Program-made: the position numbers and the translations under genes
Assembly (NCBI GenBank): GCA_963748015.1
Contig: CAVVHE010000008.1
Coordinates: forward strand, 670,070 to 734,069
DNA length: 64,000 bases
Direction of reading: 5' to 3'
Source: Terriglobia bacterium
GTDB taxonomy: Bacteria > Acidobacteriota > Polarisedimenticolia > Polarisedimenticolales > JAIQFR01
Notes under the pieces: model-generated
Told to the model about the DNA's origin: nothing
What the model saw: the letters and a program-made list of their open reading frames with translations, nothing else
Database searches by the model: none
Part shown: positions 1-10,035 of the stretch, piece by piece
Numbering within the stretch: the stretch's first letter is position 1
Layout: every line of letters starts with the position of its first letter

Positions 1-1457
1 ACCTGAAGCGTCATCGTGACGTGATCGCGAATAGCCTCCTGGAGCGCTCCCCCTTCCGGGTCGCCACGCAGGACGGCGAGACACGTCCGATTGAGAACAT
101 CGAGCGCGTCGCAGACGTCCCGGCTCGTGAAGCCCTCGCCGAACCGCTGCGCGGCGAGATCCCGGCAGTACGAGATGATCGCGCCCTTCTCGTGCGTCCG
201 CACGGCGCTGGTGAGGTGCCGAAGGAGCTGTCGCGCGTTCCAGGCAACTTGCTCCTCGCTCAGGCTCCGGTAGCTGGGAAGGCGCCCGGAGCGGGCCAGC
301 TCCACCAGGCGATTCGCGTATCGCCGGCAGATTTCCGACTCATGCCGCTCGAGAAGCTGGTAGACCCTGAGGTTGACGCGCAACTCGACCTGTTTTCGCG
401 CGGCGCGGTTGCGGCGATGCCATTCCACGGGGTCGGCCTTCATGTTTTCGATGAGGAACGGCAGCCTGCGGAGGATGCCCAATCGCGGCCGGGGCGCCCA
501 CGTAAGGAGCTGCCTGGAGCGCAGGGAGCTGACGAGGAGTTGCCGGTCGACGTAGTGGGACATCCAGGGGCGCTCGAACGGGGTCTCCCCGGCCATCGCG
601 CCGACGATGTTTCGCATCCTGATGCAGACGCCGCAGAGGTGCCTCGGAAGGAACAGGGGCCGGCCCGACTGGCCGTGGAAGCTGAGGTGCGCCAACTCGA
701 AGATCTCCCGATGAGAGACCGCGCCGTCGGGACTCGCGTTGAGCACCTGGCCCGGCTCGAGCTCGCCCAGTACGCCAAGTAGCTTCCGGAAGAACGGCGG
801 CACGTCCAGCACGTGGAGGTAGGGGATGGCCGACCGTCCCGTCCCCCCTAGGATCCGGCTGCACCACGAGCCGGAGAGCCACGTGCTCAGGAACATGAAC
901 AGCGGAAAGTACTCGCACCAGTCGGAGAACAGCGCGGCGAAACGAACGATGCAGCTGCGGAAGTCGGCGCGGTACTCCTTCAACATCTCCTCCCCCGCGC
1001 CCTTGGCCCTGGCGTAAATGTGATCGCCGTCGGCCGCACTGCTTTCCGACACCATGTCGCCCGCGCGAGGGAATCTGCACGCCGCCAGCGAGCTCCCGAA
1101 CACGAAATGGCGGATCCGAAGGTCCCGGCACGCGTCGAGCACGTTGCGGAGGCCGTGGACGCTCGTACGCCAGTACTCCGGGTGCTCCTCTCCGGAGAAG
1201 TCGTGGTGCGCCGCGAGGTGGATCACGGTCTCGGCGCCGCCGTGCTCGCGGATGCGGCGAAAGACATCTCCTAGCGTGCTCCGGTCGCCCACGTCCACCT
1301 GAAACCAGAGGACGTTCGGGTGTACCGGCGCGCCAGCCCGCGCCTGGGAGCGGCGCGCCAGGCCGAAAATCACATAGTCGTCCTTCAGCGCGTCCAGGAG
1401 GTGCCTTCCGACGAATCCGGACGCGCCGGTCACCAGCAGGCGCGGAAGGTCCGCCAT
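1..1457 (-). CDS. NAD-dependent epimerase/dehydratase (extended SDR) with additional C-terminal helical domain; 3' end runs off the window (partial)
   Basis: Reverse complement from ATG at 1457 reads MADLPRLLVTGASGFVGRHLLDALKD... (Rossmann TGxxGxxG). The frame stays open to position 1, so it is absent from the ORF track. Manual alignment shows about two-thirds identity to the divergent paralog at 1633..3243 over the first 70 residues. Confidence 0.8.
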   Translation of the reverse strand, partial: MADLPRLLVTGASGFVGRHLLDALKDDYVIFGLARRSQARAGAPVHPNVLWFQVDVGDRSTLGDVFRRIREHGGAETVIHLAAHHDFSGEEHPEYWRTSVHGLRNVLDACRDLRIRHFVFGSSLAACRFPRAGDMVSESSAADGDHIYARAKGAGEEMLKEYRADFRSCIVRFAALFSDWCEYFPLFMFLSTWLSGSWCSRILGGTGRSAIPYLHVLDVPPFFRKLLGVLGELEPGQVLNASPDGAVSHREIFELAHLSFHGQSGRPLFLPRHLCGVCIRMRNIVGAMAGETPFERPWMSHYVDRQLLVSSLRSRQLLTWAPRPRLGILRRLPFLIENMKADPVEWHRRNRAARKQVELRVNLRVYQLLERHESEICRRYANRLVELARSGRLPSYRSLSEEQVAWNARQLLRHLTSAVRTHEKGAIISYCRDLAAQRFGEGFTSRDVCDALDVLNRTCLAVLRGDPEGGALQEAIRDHVTMTLQ

Positions 1458-1632
1458 TGCCTCGATCATACCGCATTCGGAAGGCGAAACCCGCCCAACC
1501 GACCTTGAACCGGCGGCGGTCGTGGTGGTCTAATGCTCCTCGGGCCGCGACGGCTCGCCAGGCCGCCGGGACGACCGGCGTCGATGTCGGCCGGGAGTGA
1601 GGGATTCGCCGCCGGTTCCCGGGGAGCGACGC

Positions 1633-3243
1633 ATGGCGCTGCCTGCACTCATCGTCACCGGGGCGTCCGGTTTCGTGGGACGCCACCTTTTGGACGAGCT
1701 GAAGGACGAGTGCCGGATCTTCGGCATCGCGCGGCGCTCCCAGAAGGAGTGCGGCGCGCCGGTACATCCCAACATCGCTTGGATGCAGGTCGACGTCGGG
1801 GACCGCGAAGGTCTCGCGCGGACGTTTCGCGAGATCGCGTCCGCCGGCGGCGCCCGGATACTGATCCACCTGGCGGCGTACTACGATTTCTTCGGGACGG
1901 ATCATCCGGAGTACCGGAGGACGAACGTCGAGGGGACGAGAAACGTACTGGAGCTGGCCAAGGCTCTCGACCTCGAGCGGCTCGTCTTCGCCAGCTCCGT
2001 CGCGGCGTGCGATTTCCCTCGCCCCGAGGGGGCGATCACGGAGGCCACGCCGGCCGACGGCCCCCATGTGTATGCCTGGAGCAAGCGCCAGGGCGAAGAA
2101 CTCGTTCGGGCTCACTGCAGCTCGGTTCCGTCGTGCATCGTTCGATTCGGAGCCGTCTACAGCGACTGGTGCGAGTATCCGCCGCTCTTCATGTTCCTCG
2201 AAACCTGGCTCGGGCGCTCCTGGAAAGCGCGAATTCTCGCCGGGAAGGGGCAGACGGCCATTCCCTACATCCACGTGCGCGATATCGTGGCGTTCTTCAG
2301 GCGGCTCCTCGCGGTCCACCCGATGCTCGAGCCCGCGGAGATCCTCATCGCGAGCACCTCGGGTTCCACCTCCCACCACATTCTCCACTACCTCGCGACA
2401 CGCCATCACTCCGGCCAGCCGAGGACGCCCTTCTTTCTCCCCGCGCCGATTTGCGGCGCCGGAATCGTCGCAATGAACGCCTGGGGCCGCGTTACGGGGA
2501 AACTCCCTTTCGAGCGCCCCTGGATGCGGAAGTTCATCGATACGCAGCTCGTGGTGGACAACACGCGGACGATCGAGCGGGTCGGGTGGTCGGCCAGCCC
2601 CAGCCATCGGATAGAGCGAAGAATGCCGTACATGATCGAGCGGCTGAAGAGCGACCCGGCGACGTGGCGGATTCGAAACGAGGCGGCGATGAGGCGCGAG
2701 CCGCTCCGGCCCGACATGAGGATCTACCAAGCCCTGGCGGCGCTCGAGGATCACGTCATCTCGACGGTGGGCGACGCCGTCCGGGCCCGTGCCGGGTCGG
2801 ATCTGACGAGCTTCCAGGCGATGGACCCCGAGGAGCTGGGATGGTTCGTCCGCCTGCTGTACCGCCTCCTTCTGTCGTCCGTCCAGAGCAGCGATCGGAT
2901 GTTGCTCCAGAACTACCTGGAGGTGACCGGGATCAGCCGCTTCCGCGCCGGCTTCACCGCTCACGAGCTCACGCTTTTCCTCGATATCCTGAACGACACG
3001 ATCTTGGCTGCCCTCGAGCCCGCCGGGGAGATGAGGGATCTCACGCAGGCGGTCTACGATCGCATCTCGGTACCGATCGATTTCGGAAAGGACGAGATCG
3101 AGACGCAGTACGCGCGGTATCTGGCGGGGGGAGGCACCGCCCTGGCCGAGAAAGGGCGACCCGCAAGCGAGGTCCCGGCGGCCAGGACCCCCCGCGAGCT
3201 GCTGGAGGAGACCATCTGGAACTGCCTGGTCCAGAGGAAATGA
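1633..3243 (+). CDS. NAD-dependent epimerase/dehydratase (extended SDR) fused to a ~230-aa C-terminal helical domain
   Basis: ATG at 1633 preceded by GGGGAG. MALPALIVTGASGFVGRHLLDEL (Rossmann motif), YAWSK (YxxxK catalytic motif). C-terminal half (RIERRMPYMIERLK...RFRAGFTAHELTLFLDILNDTI) has no SDR motifs. The upstream part of ORF 1597..3243 is probably not translated. Confidence 0.85.
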   Translation: MALPALIVTGASGFVGRHLLDELKDECRIFGIARRSQKECGAPVHPNIAWMQVDVGDREGLARTFREIASAGGARILIHLAAYYDFFGTDHPEYRRTNVEGTRNVLELAKALDLERLVFASSVAACDFPRPEGAITEATPADGPHVYAWSKRQGEELVRAHCSSVPSCIVRFGAVYSDWCEYPPLFMFLETWLGRSWKARILAGKGQTAIPYIHVRDIVAFFRRLLAVHPMLEPAEILIASTSGSTSHHILHYLATRHHSGQPRTPFFLPAPICGAGIVAMNAWGRVTGKLPFERPWMRKFIDTQLVVDNTRTIERVGWSASPSHRIERRMPYMIERLKSDPATWRIRNEAAMRREPLRPDMRIYQALAALEDHVISTVGDAVRARAGSDLTSFQAMDPEELGWFVRLLYRLLLSSVQSSDRMLLQNYLEVTGISRFRAGFTAHELTLFLDILNDTILAALEPAGEMRDLTQAVYDRISVPIDFGKDEIETQYARYLAGGGTALAEKGRPASEVPAARTPRELLEETIWNCLVQRK

Positions 3244-3285
3244 CGCGTATCGGCTCGCTCGTCGGACGGGAAAATAGGGGGCGCG

Positions 3286-5277
3286 GTGAGAAGGCTGGGC
3301 TTTAGGACGAGGCTGCTCCTCGGTTTCTTCCTGGTCGTCGGCATCATGGCCACGGTGGCCACCTGGGCGGGCTTCTCGTTCATCTCCCAGACGATGGTGA
3401 AGGAGGCGATGCTCCGCGTGGAGATGGATCTCGGCGCCGCCTGGTCCGCCTACGAGGCGGAGAGGAACCAGATCCAGATCGTCGTCGGCATGGCTTCCCA
3501 AAACGACACGCTGCGGGCCGCCCTTCGGCCCCCCCGGCGGCTCGAGGGCGTCGGTAGGGAGCTCGAGGCCTATCGCAAGAAGTACAGGCTCGATTTTCTG
3601 ACGCTGGTGGACGCCGAGGGCGTTGCAACCGCGCGGTCACGCCCCCCCCTCGCGGCGGGAGACAAGGTCTGGAGCGATCCGATCCTCGAACGCGCGCTGA
3701 AGGGGAAAGCCGCGAGCGGCACGGTCGTAATGCCCGGCTCGGCCCTCGAGCTCGAGGGCGAGGAGCTCGAACAACGCGCCTACATCCCCGTGATCTTCAC
3801 CGACAGAGCTGTGCCCACCGAGAGGATTGCGGAGGACCGGGGACTGGTCCTCGAGGCCGCCATGCCGATCGTGGGCTCGGGGGACCGAGTGATCGGGGCG
3901 CTCACGGGGGGAGTCCTGCTGAACCGCAAGTTCGCATTCGTGGACCGGATCCGTGACGTCGTGTTCGGAGACAAGACCTTCGAGGGGAAGCCGGTGGGGA
4001 CGGTGACCCTCTTTCTGTCGGACGTCCGGATCGCCACCAACGTGATGCTCGACCCGGGAACCCGCGCCATAGGGACCCGGGTCTCGCAGGCGGTTTACGA
4101 GACCGTGGTCAAGCGCGGCGAGCGTTTCGCCAATCGGGCCTTCGTCGTCAACGACTGGTACCTGTCGGCGTATGACCCGATTCGCGATCCGGACAACCGG
4201 GTGATCGGGATCCTCTACGTGGGCTTGCTCGAGAAGAAGTACATGGAGTTCAAGTCGAGCCTCGCCGCCCGGTACGTGGGGATCAGTTTCGGCGCGCTCG
4301 TGCTGTCGACGGTCGTCGCGTTGTACCTCGCCAGCGGCTTCCGGCGGCCGATCCACGGCCTTGTCCGAGCGACCCGGGAGCTCTCGAGCGGCAACCTCGC
4401 GGCGCGGGTGCGGCTCGGATGGGCGAGCCGCGAGACCGCCGAGCTCGGCGACGCCTTCAACTCGATGGCGGAGGCCCTGGAGAGGCAAACCAGCCAAGTG
4501 CAGGAAGCTTCGGAGGCCCTCCAGAAGGCGTACAGGGAAACCGAGGAGAAGAACCGCGCCTACCTCGAGATGCTCGGCTTCGTGACCCACGAGTTGAAAT
4601 CCCCACTGGCCTCCATCGTCTTCGCGATCGGCGCCCTGCGCGATCGCATCCTGGGTCCGGTCAACGACGCACAGGAGCAGATCCTCAGGGCGGCCTCGAA
4701 CAGCGCGGATTACCTCCGGGACACCATCGCGAACTACCTCAACCTCAGCCGGATCGAGGAAGGCGAGCTGAGGCTTCGCTGGTCGGTGGTCGCCATTCGC
4801 GACGAGATACTGGCACCCGTCCTGGACCGGCTATCCGAGCTCGCCGCCGAACGCGGCATGCGGATCGAGTGCGAGGTTCCGCCCGACGTCGCCGGCGCGT
4901 GCGACCCCAGCCTGATCACGTCCGTTTTCCAGAACCTCCTGTCCAACGCCGTGAAGTACGGCCGGGAGGGGGGGCGGATCCGGGTCACCGCGGGGAGCGA
5001 CGGGACTTCCGGTTTCGTGCGGTTCCATGTCTGGAACGAGGGGGAGGGGTTCCCGAGTGGCGAAGGCGAGAAGCTCTTCCGGAAGTTCTCGCGTCTGACC
5101 CACGGCGGCGACGACACGAAATCCGGCACGGGCCTCGGGCTGTTCGTATCCCGGGTGATCGTCGAAAAGCACGGCGGTCGGATCGAGGCCGAGTCGGCAC
5201 CCGGGCAGTGGGCCGATTTCTCATTCACCCTTCCGACGGCCGTTCCACGTCCACAGATTCCGGTCCCGTCCGAGTAG
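3286..5277 (+). CDS. Sensor histidine kinase (N-terminal TM, periplasmic Cache-like domain, HAMP, HisKA, HATPase_c)
   Basis: GTG start. Two TM segments flank a ~290-aa periplasmic region. HAMP-like linker. H-box FVTHELKSPLASI. N/G boxes (NLLSNAVKYG, GTGLGLFVSRVIVEKHGG). Confidence 0.9.
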   Translation: MRRLGFRTRLLLGFFLVVGIMATVATWAGFSFISQTMVKEAMLRVEMDLGAAWSAYEAERNQIQIVVGMASQNDTLRAALRPPRRLEGVGRELEAYRKKYRLDFLTLVDAEGVATARSRPPLAAGDKVWSDPILERALKGKAASGTVVMPGSALELEGEELEQRAYIPVIFTDRAVPTERIAEDRGLVLEAAMPIVGSGDRVIGALTGGVLLNRKFAFVDRIRDVVFGDKTFEGKPVGTVTLFLSDVRIATNVMLDPGTRAIGTRVSQAVYETVVKRGERFANRAFVVNDWYLSAYDPIRDPDNRVIGILYVGLLEKKYMEFKSSLAARYVGISFGALVLSTVVALYLASGFRRPIHGLVRATRELSSGNLAARVRLGWASRETAELGDAFNSMAEALERQTSQVQEASEALQKAYRETEEKNRAYLEMLGFVTHELKSPLASIVFAIGALRDRILGPVNDAQEQILRAASNSADYLRDTIANYLNLSRIEEGELRLRWSVVAIRDEILAPVLDRLSELAAERGMRIECEVPPDVAGACDPSLITSVFQNLLSNAVKYGREGGRIRVTAGSDGTSGFVRFHVWNEGEGFPSGEGEKLFRKFSRLTHGGDDTKSGTGLGLFVSRVIVEKHGGRIEAESAPGQWADFSFTLPTAVPRPQIPVPSE

Positions 5278-5283
5278 TCCGGG

Positions 5284-5340
5284 CTAGGAGCCGGTCCGAG
5301 TAATCCCGCGGCCTACGGGATTACTCGGACCGGCTCCTAG
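5284..5340. terminator. Perfect 25-bp-stem hairpin between convergent kinase and receiver genes (bidirectional terminator candidate)
   Basis: CTAGGAGCCGGTCCGAGTAATCCCG / 7-nt loop CGGCCTA / CGGGATTACTCGGACCGGCTCCTAG. It starts 7 nt after the kinase stop (5275-5277) and contains the receiver gene stop codon (5337-5339). There is no obvious T-tract. Confidence 0.55.
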
Positions 5341-5777
5341 CGCTCGGCCTCTGTGGTGCCGGCAGCGCCGGCCAGCATCGCCTCGATCCTCGCGAGGATC
5401 TCCGCCGGCCTGATCGGCTTCTCGACGAACGCATCGACGGGAAGGAGCGCGGTGCCGATCCGGTCGCTGAAGTTCAGGTGGGTCTTCGCCGTCACGCTGG
5501 TCAGCATGATGATCGGGACGTTCGCGTAGGCCGCGAACGGCGACTCCGGTCCGCTTGCTCGAAGCTGACTGAGGACCCGGAACCCCGCCACGAAATCCTC
5601 CATGATCACGTCGAGGATGATCAGGTCGGGCTCGACTTCGCGGATTCTCCGCAGCCCTTCGGCGGCGGAATGCGCCGAGTGGAACTCGTAGCCCCTGGCG
5701 TCGCAGACCAGCTTGAACACGTTGACGAGGTTCACGTCGTCGTCGATCATCAGCAGCTTCTTCTTGCCCGCGTCCAT
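5337..5777 (-). CDS. Stand-alone response regulator receiver domain (CheY-like)
   Basis: KKLLMIDDD...DLIILDVIM (acidic pocket and phospho-acceptor Asp)...MLTS...EKP. No output domain. Confidence 0.9.
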   Translation of the reverse strand: MDAGKKKLLMIDDDVNLVNVFKLVCDARGYEFHSAHSAAEGLRRIREVEPDLIILDVIMEDFVAGFRVLSQLRASGPESPFAAYANVPIIMLTSVTAKTHLNFSDRIGTALLPVDAFVEKPIRPAEILARIEAMLAGAAGTTEAER

Positions 5778-5799
5778 CAGAGTCCTCCAGGTGTTGTGC

Positions 5800-6207
5800 T
5801 CAACCCCCGATCACGACCTTGTCGCCGGCGATCCGGACGGGAACGGACTCGAGAGGTCTGGGCGGGAGGCCGGTGATCACGCGGCCGTCGGCGTCGTAGA
5901 CGCCGCCGTGGCAGGGGCAGTGATAGCGGCGGTCGGAGGGCTCCCAGCGGACCTCGCATCCCTGGTGGGTGCAGCGGAGCGAGCGGGCGCTGATGCCGCC
6001 GCCGGTTCGAACGATCTCGACCGGGATCTCCGCCCACACCATCCGGACGCGCTTCCCCTCCGGCACCTGCGCCAGCGGGACCTCGAGGGGCGGGGCTGTG
6101 GGGCCGCAGCCCGCGAGGCCGAGCGCGTGCGCGGCAGCGGCCAGTCCCGCGGTCCGTCCCAGGATTCCCAGCGCTTCTCGCCGCCCGCACTCGCCGCCGC
6201 CGGTCAC
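5800..6207 (-). CDS. Rieske [2Fe-2S] domain protein with Tat-like signal
   Basis: CTHQGC...CPCHGG Rieske motifs. RREALGILGRTAGLAAAAHA twin-arginine-like leader. GTG at 6207 is preceded by GGAGGAGG, so I prefer it to the longer TTG start at 6276. A 22-nt gap to the receiver gene suggests an operon. Confidence 0.85.
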   Translation of the reverse strand: MTGGGECGRREALGILGRTAGLAAAAHALGLAGCGPTAPPLEVPLAQVPEGKRVRMVWAEIPVEIVRTGGGISARSLRCTHQGCEVRWEPSDRRYHCPCHGGVYDADGRVITGLPPRPLESVPVRIAGDKVVIGG

Positions 6208-6326
6208 GTGCCCCTCCTCCGCGCCGGACCGGATACCACGCGCCCCGGAAGGGTCGGCGGCAGCCGGGCCGGTCAAGTATCCTAAACGGGCAGGCGCGGA
6301 AATCCAACGGCGGGAGGCGGGCGATC

Positions 6327-8699
6327 GTGGACGGGACCGAGCGGGACGGGCGGGGGGGCGTCGTCGAGCGGCGCCGGCTCGTCTGCCGCGGCGCCGTCCA
6401 GGGGGTCGGGTTCCGTCCTTCGGTTCACCGGCTCGCGACGGAGTTGGGGCTTGCCGGCTGGGTGCGCAACGGTCCGGAGGGCGCCGTCGTCGAGTTGGAG
6501 GGCCCCCGGGCGCTCGTCGAGACTTTCCTCGCGAGGTTTCCCCGCGAGCTGCCGCCGCTCGCGCGCCTCGAGTCTCTCGACGCCGAGGAGATCGCGCCCG
6601 AGGGGAGCCGGTCGTTCCGCGTCGAGGAGTCGGAGGCCGGGCCGCGAAGCGGGGCCCTCGTACCGCCCGACGCGGCGCTCTGCGCGGACTGCCGGCGCGA
6701 GATGGAGGATCCCTCCGACCGCCGCCACCGGTACCCCTTCACCACCTGCACGAACTGCGGGCCGCGCTTCTCGCTGTGCCTCTCGTTCCCGTACGACCGC
6801 GTGCGGACCTCGATGGCCCGCTTCCCGCTCTGCGCCGACTGCGCCCGCGAGTATCGCGACCCCGGCGACCGGCGCTTCCACGCGGAGCCGGTCTGCTGCC
6901 CAGCCTGCGGGCCGCAGCTGTCCCTCGTGGATGCCGAGGGGAAGGTCGAGGCTACCGGTAGCGAGGCGCTCGAGGCCGCGCGGGGGGCGCTCGCCCGCGG
7001 CGCGATCGTCGCCGTGAAGGGACTCGGCGGCTTCCAGCTCGCGTGCCGCGCGGATCTCGTGCCGTCGCTCAGGCTCCTGCGCGAGCGGAAGCGGCGCCCG
7101 ACCAAGCCGCTCGCGGTCATGGTCCGCGATCTCGAGGCGGCGAGGCGCCTGGTCGTGCTGTCGGAGGAGGACGATAGCCTGCTCGAGTCGCCCCGGTCGC
7201 CGATCCTGCTCGCGGCGCGGCGGAGCCCGTCTCCGCTCCCCGCGGACGTGGCGCCGGGAATCGACGATCTCGGCGTGATGCTCCCGACCACGCCGCTGCA
7301 CGTGGAGCTCTTCCGCGGAACCCCCTACGACGCGCTGGTCATGACCAGCGGAAACGCCGGCGACGAGCCGATCTGCCGCGGCAACCACGAGGCCGTCGGA
7401 CGGCTCGCGGGCATAGCGGACCACTTCCTGCTCCACGATCGCGACGTGGTCCGCCGCGTGGACGACTCGGTGGCTCGCGCGCTCCCGGGGGGCGCCGCCG
7501 TCATGGTGCGGAGGTCGCGCGGCTGGGTCCCCGAGCCCGTCCCGCTCGCCGAGCCCGCGCCGGTCCCGATCCTCGCCCTCGGCGGGCACCTCGCGGTGAC
7601 GGCCTGCCTCGCCTCCGGCGGGCAAGCCTTCCCGTCCCAGCACGTGGGCGATCTCGACAGCGAGCCGGCCCGGGCCTTCCTGGTGGAGGTCGCGTTAGGA
7701 CTCGAGGAGTTCCTCGAATCGCGCGCCGGGGCGGTCGCGGTGGATCTCCACCCCGACTACCCGAGCACCTGGATCGGGGAGGACCTCGCGGCGCGGCGGC
7801 GGGTGCCGCTGATCCGGATCCAGCACCACCTCGCCCACGCCGCGTCCGTCCTCGCCGAGCACGGGGTCTTCCCGAGGCCGGGCGAGCAGGCGGGGGCGAT
7901 CGTGCTCGACGGGACCGGGTGGGGACCGGACGGTACCGCCTGGGGAGGGGAGTGGATCCTCCTGGAAGGCGACCTGCGCTGGCGGCGGCAGGCGCACCTC
8001 GCGGAGATCCCGCTCGTCGGCGGCGAGAGCGCGGTCCGCGAGCCGTGGCGCGTCCTGGCCGCGGCCCTGGCCCGGGAAGGTGCTTCGAGCCTGCTACCCC
8101 GACTCCCCGTCGCGGACCTCGTCGCGCCGGAGCGATTGCTCGAGGCAGCGCGCCTCGCCGCCAACCCCGCCTGGCCGCTCGCCGCGGGGGCAGGGCGGCT
8201 CTTCGAGGCGGCGGGGGCCCTTCTCGGCCTCGCGGCCGAGAACGGTTGGGAGGGGGAGGCCGCGGCCCGGCTCGAGTCGCTCGCGGCGAGCGATGCCGGC
8301 GACGCGATGGCCTGGCCGGAGGTCGGGCTTCGCGATCTGCCGCGAGGGCCGGTCGTGCCCGGGCCCGCCCTGCTCGCCGCGGCGGCGCGGCGGGTCGCGG
8401 CGGGAGAAGACCCGGCCCGGGTCGCGTCGGGGTTTCATGCTACCTTCTGCAAGCTGGCCGCGGAGGCGGCGTCCCGCGTGTTTCCCGCGGGGACCGCGGT
8501 CATAGCGCTCGGCGGCGGGTGCCTCGTGAACCGGCTGCTCTCGAGGGGCCTCGCGGCCCGCCTCGAGGAAGCCGGCTTCGCCGTGAGGACGCCGCGCGCG
8601 CTTCCGCCCGGCGACGGGGGGCTCTCCCACGGCCAGGCGGTCCTCGCCGCCCTCTCGCTCGCGCGCGGGCGCGAGCCGGAGCTGAAAGGAGCGGTCTGA
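6327..8699 (+). CDS. hypF: [NiFe]-hydrogenase maturation carbamoyltransferase HypF
   Basis: Acylphosphatase-like N-terminus (VQGVGFRPSVHRLA). Two CxxC-x18-CxxC zinc-finger pairs (CADCRRE...CTNCGPRFS; CADCARE...CPACGPQ). YrdC-like and Kae1-like C-terminal parts. GTG start with GGGAGG upstream. Confidence 0.95.
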   Translation: MDGTERDGRGGVVERRRLVCRGAVQGVGFRPSVHRLATELGLAGWVRNGPEGAVVELEGPRALVETFLARFPRELPPLARLESLDAEEIAPEGSRSFRVEESEAGPRSGALVPPDAALCADCRREMEDPSDRRHRYPFTTCTNCGPRFSLCLSFPYDRVRTSMARFPLCADCAREYRDPGDRRFHAEPVCCPACGPQLSLVDAEGKVEATGSEALEAARGALARGAIVAVKGLGGFQLACRADLVPSLRLLRERKRRPTKPLAVMVRDLEAARRLVVLSEEDDSLLESPRSPILLAARRSPSPLPADVAPGIDDLGVMLPTTPLHVELFRGTPYDALVMTSGNAGDEPICRGNHEAVGRLAGIADHFLLHDRDVVRRVDDSVARALPGGAAVMVRRSRGWVPEPVPLAEPAPVPILALGGHLAVTACLASGGQAFPSQHVGDLDSEPARAFLVEVALGLEEFLESRAGAVAVDLHPDYPSTWIGEDLAARRRVPLIRIQHHLAHAASVLAEHGVFPRPGEQAGAIVLDGTGWGPDGTAWGGEWILLEGDLRWRRQAHLAEIPLVGGESAVREPWRVLAAALAREGASSLLPRLPVADLVAPERLLEAARLAANPAWPLAAGAGRLFEAAGALLGLAAENGWEGEAAARLESLAASDAGDAMAWPEVGLRDLPRGPVVPGPALLAAAARRVAAGEDPARVASGFHATFCKLAAEAASRVFPAGTAVIALGGGCLVNRLLSRGLAARLEEAGFAVRTPRALPPGDGGLSHGQAVLAALSLARGREPELKGAV

Positions 8700-8929
8700 T
8701 GTGCCTGGCGATACCGATGGAGCTGATCGAGCGGGGAGAGTACGACGGCGAGGTGGAGCTGAACGGCGTGCGCCGCAAGGTCTCGCTGATGCTCCTCCCC
8801 GAGGCCGAGGTGGGGGAGTACCTCCTGATCCACGCCGGTTACGCCATCGGGAAGCTCGACGCCGAGGAGGCCAAGGAGACGATCGCCCTCCTCGAGGAGC
8901 TGGCCCGCGCGTCGGGGGATGCGCCGTGA
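8699..8929 (+). CDS. hypC: Hydrogenase maturation chaperone HypC
   Basis: MCLAIPMELIE... (N-terminal Cys2 signature), 76 aa. The ATG shares one nt with the hypF stop. Confidence 0.9.
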   Translation: MCLAIPMELIERGEYDGEVELNGVRRKVSLMLLPEAEVGEYLLIHAGYAIGKLDAEEAKETIALLEELARASGDAP

Positions 8930-10035
8930 CGGCCGACGCGCCCTTCTTCGATCCGAAGACGGTCGCGACCCTCGTTGCCCGCATTCGCGAGACCGCCGAG
9001 GCGCTCACCCGGCGGGTCGTTCTCATGGAGGTCTGCGGCACGCATACCCACGCGATCGCGGCCGCGGGCCTGCGCCGCCTCCTGCCCCCCGGCGTCCGGT
9101 TGATCTCGGGGCCGGGGTGCCCGGTGTGCGTCACGCCGGTGGACTACATGGACCGCGCCGAGGCGCTCTCGGCGCTTCCGGACACGATCGTGACCACCTT
9201 CGGCGACCTCATGCGGGTCCCGTCGAGCCGCGGGAGCCTCGAGCGGGCGAGGGCGAGAGGCGCGAGGATCGAGATCGTCTATTCGCCGCGCGACGCCCTC
9301 GACATCGCGCGCGCGGAGCCGAAGTCCCGCGTGATCTTCCTGGCGGTCGGGTTCGAGACGACGGCCCCCACCATCGTCGCGGCGGTCGAGGAGGCGGAGC
9401 GGCTCGGCATCCCGAACTTCCTGATCCTGCCCGGCAACAAGATCGTTCCCCCGCCGCTCCGGGCGCTCGCGAGCGACCCCGAGGTGCAGGTCAACGGCGT
9501 GCTCCTCCCCGGGCACGTCTCGGTCGTGACCGGCGCCTTGGAGTTCGAGTTCCTCGCGAAGGAATTCGGCGTCCCGTCCGCCGTCGTCGGGTTCACCCCC
9601 GCCGACGTGCTGCGCGGCGTGCTGGAGCTGGCGGAACAGCTTCGGGATGGGCGGGCCGAGGTCGCGAACCTCTACGGCCGCGTCGTGACGGCGGAGGGGA
9701 ACCTCCACGCGCGCGCGCTCCTCGACAAGTTCTTCGAGCCGGCCGACACGGCGTGGCGCGGCCTCGGGCGCATCCCGCTCTCGGGCTTGGCGCTTCGCCC
9801 CGCGTGGGCGCACCGCGACGCGTCGCGGATCGCCGTCGAGCTGCCGGAGCCGGTGGAGCCCGCGGGGTGCCGGTGCGGCGAGGTGCTGAAGGGCACGATC
9901 GATCCGCCGGAATGCCCGCTCTTCGCGGGCGACTGCACGCCGGAGACCCCCGTCGGCGCGTGCATGGTCTCGAGCGAGGGGACCTGCGCCGCCTGGTACC
10001 GGCACGACCGCTGGGCCGCCGGGGCGCGTTCTTGA
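8926..10035 (+). CDS. hypD: Hydrogenase maturation protein HypD
   Basis: GTG start overlaps the hypC stop (GTGA). MEVCGTHTHAI, GPGCPVCVTP, C-terminal Cys cluster (CxxxxxxC...C). Confidence 0.95.
   Translation: MTADAPFFDPKTVATLVARIRETAEALTRRVVLMEVCGTHTHAIAAAGLRRLLPPGVRLISGPGCPVCVTPVDYMDRAEALSALPDTIVTTFGDLMRVPSSRGSLERARARGARIEIVYSPRDALDIARAEPKSRVIFLAVGFETTAPTIVAAVEEAERLGIPNFLILPGNKIVPPPLRALASDPEVQVNGVLLPGHVSVVTGALEFEFLAKEFGVPSAVVGFTPADVLRGVLELAEQLRDGRAEVANLYGRVVTAEGNLHARALLDKFFEPADTAWRGLGRIPLSGLALRPAWAHRDASRIAVELPEPVEPAGCRCGEVLKGTIDPPECPLFAGDCTPETPVGACMVSSEGTCAAWYRHDRWAAGARS

Noticed and set aside
340-3501. 1053-aa minus-strand ORF spanning both SDR genes and the start of the kinase gene
   Set aside because: The Arg/Pro/Gly-rich low-complexity translation has no motifs. 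It is antisense or off-frame to two genes with clear SDR motifs. This is a typical long spurious ORF of a GC-rich genome.
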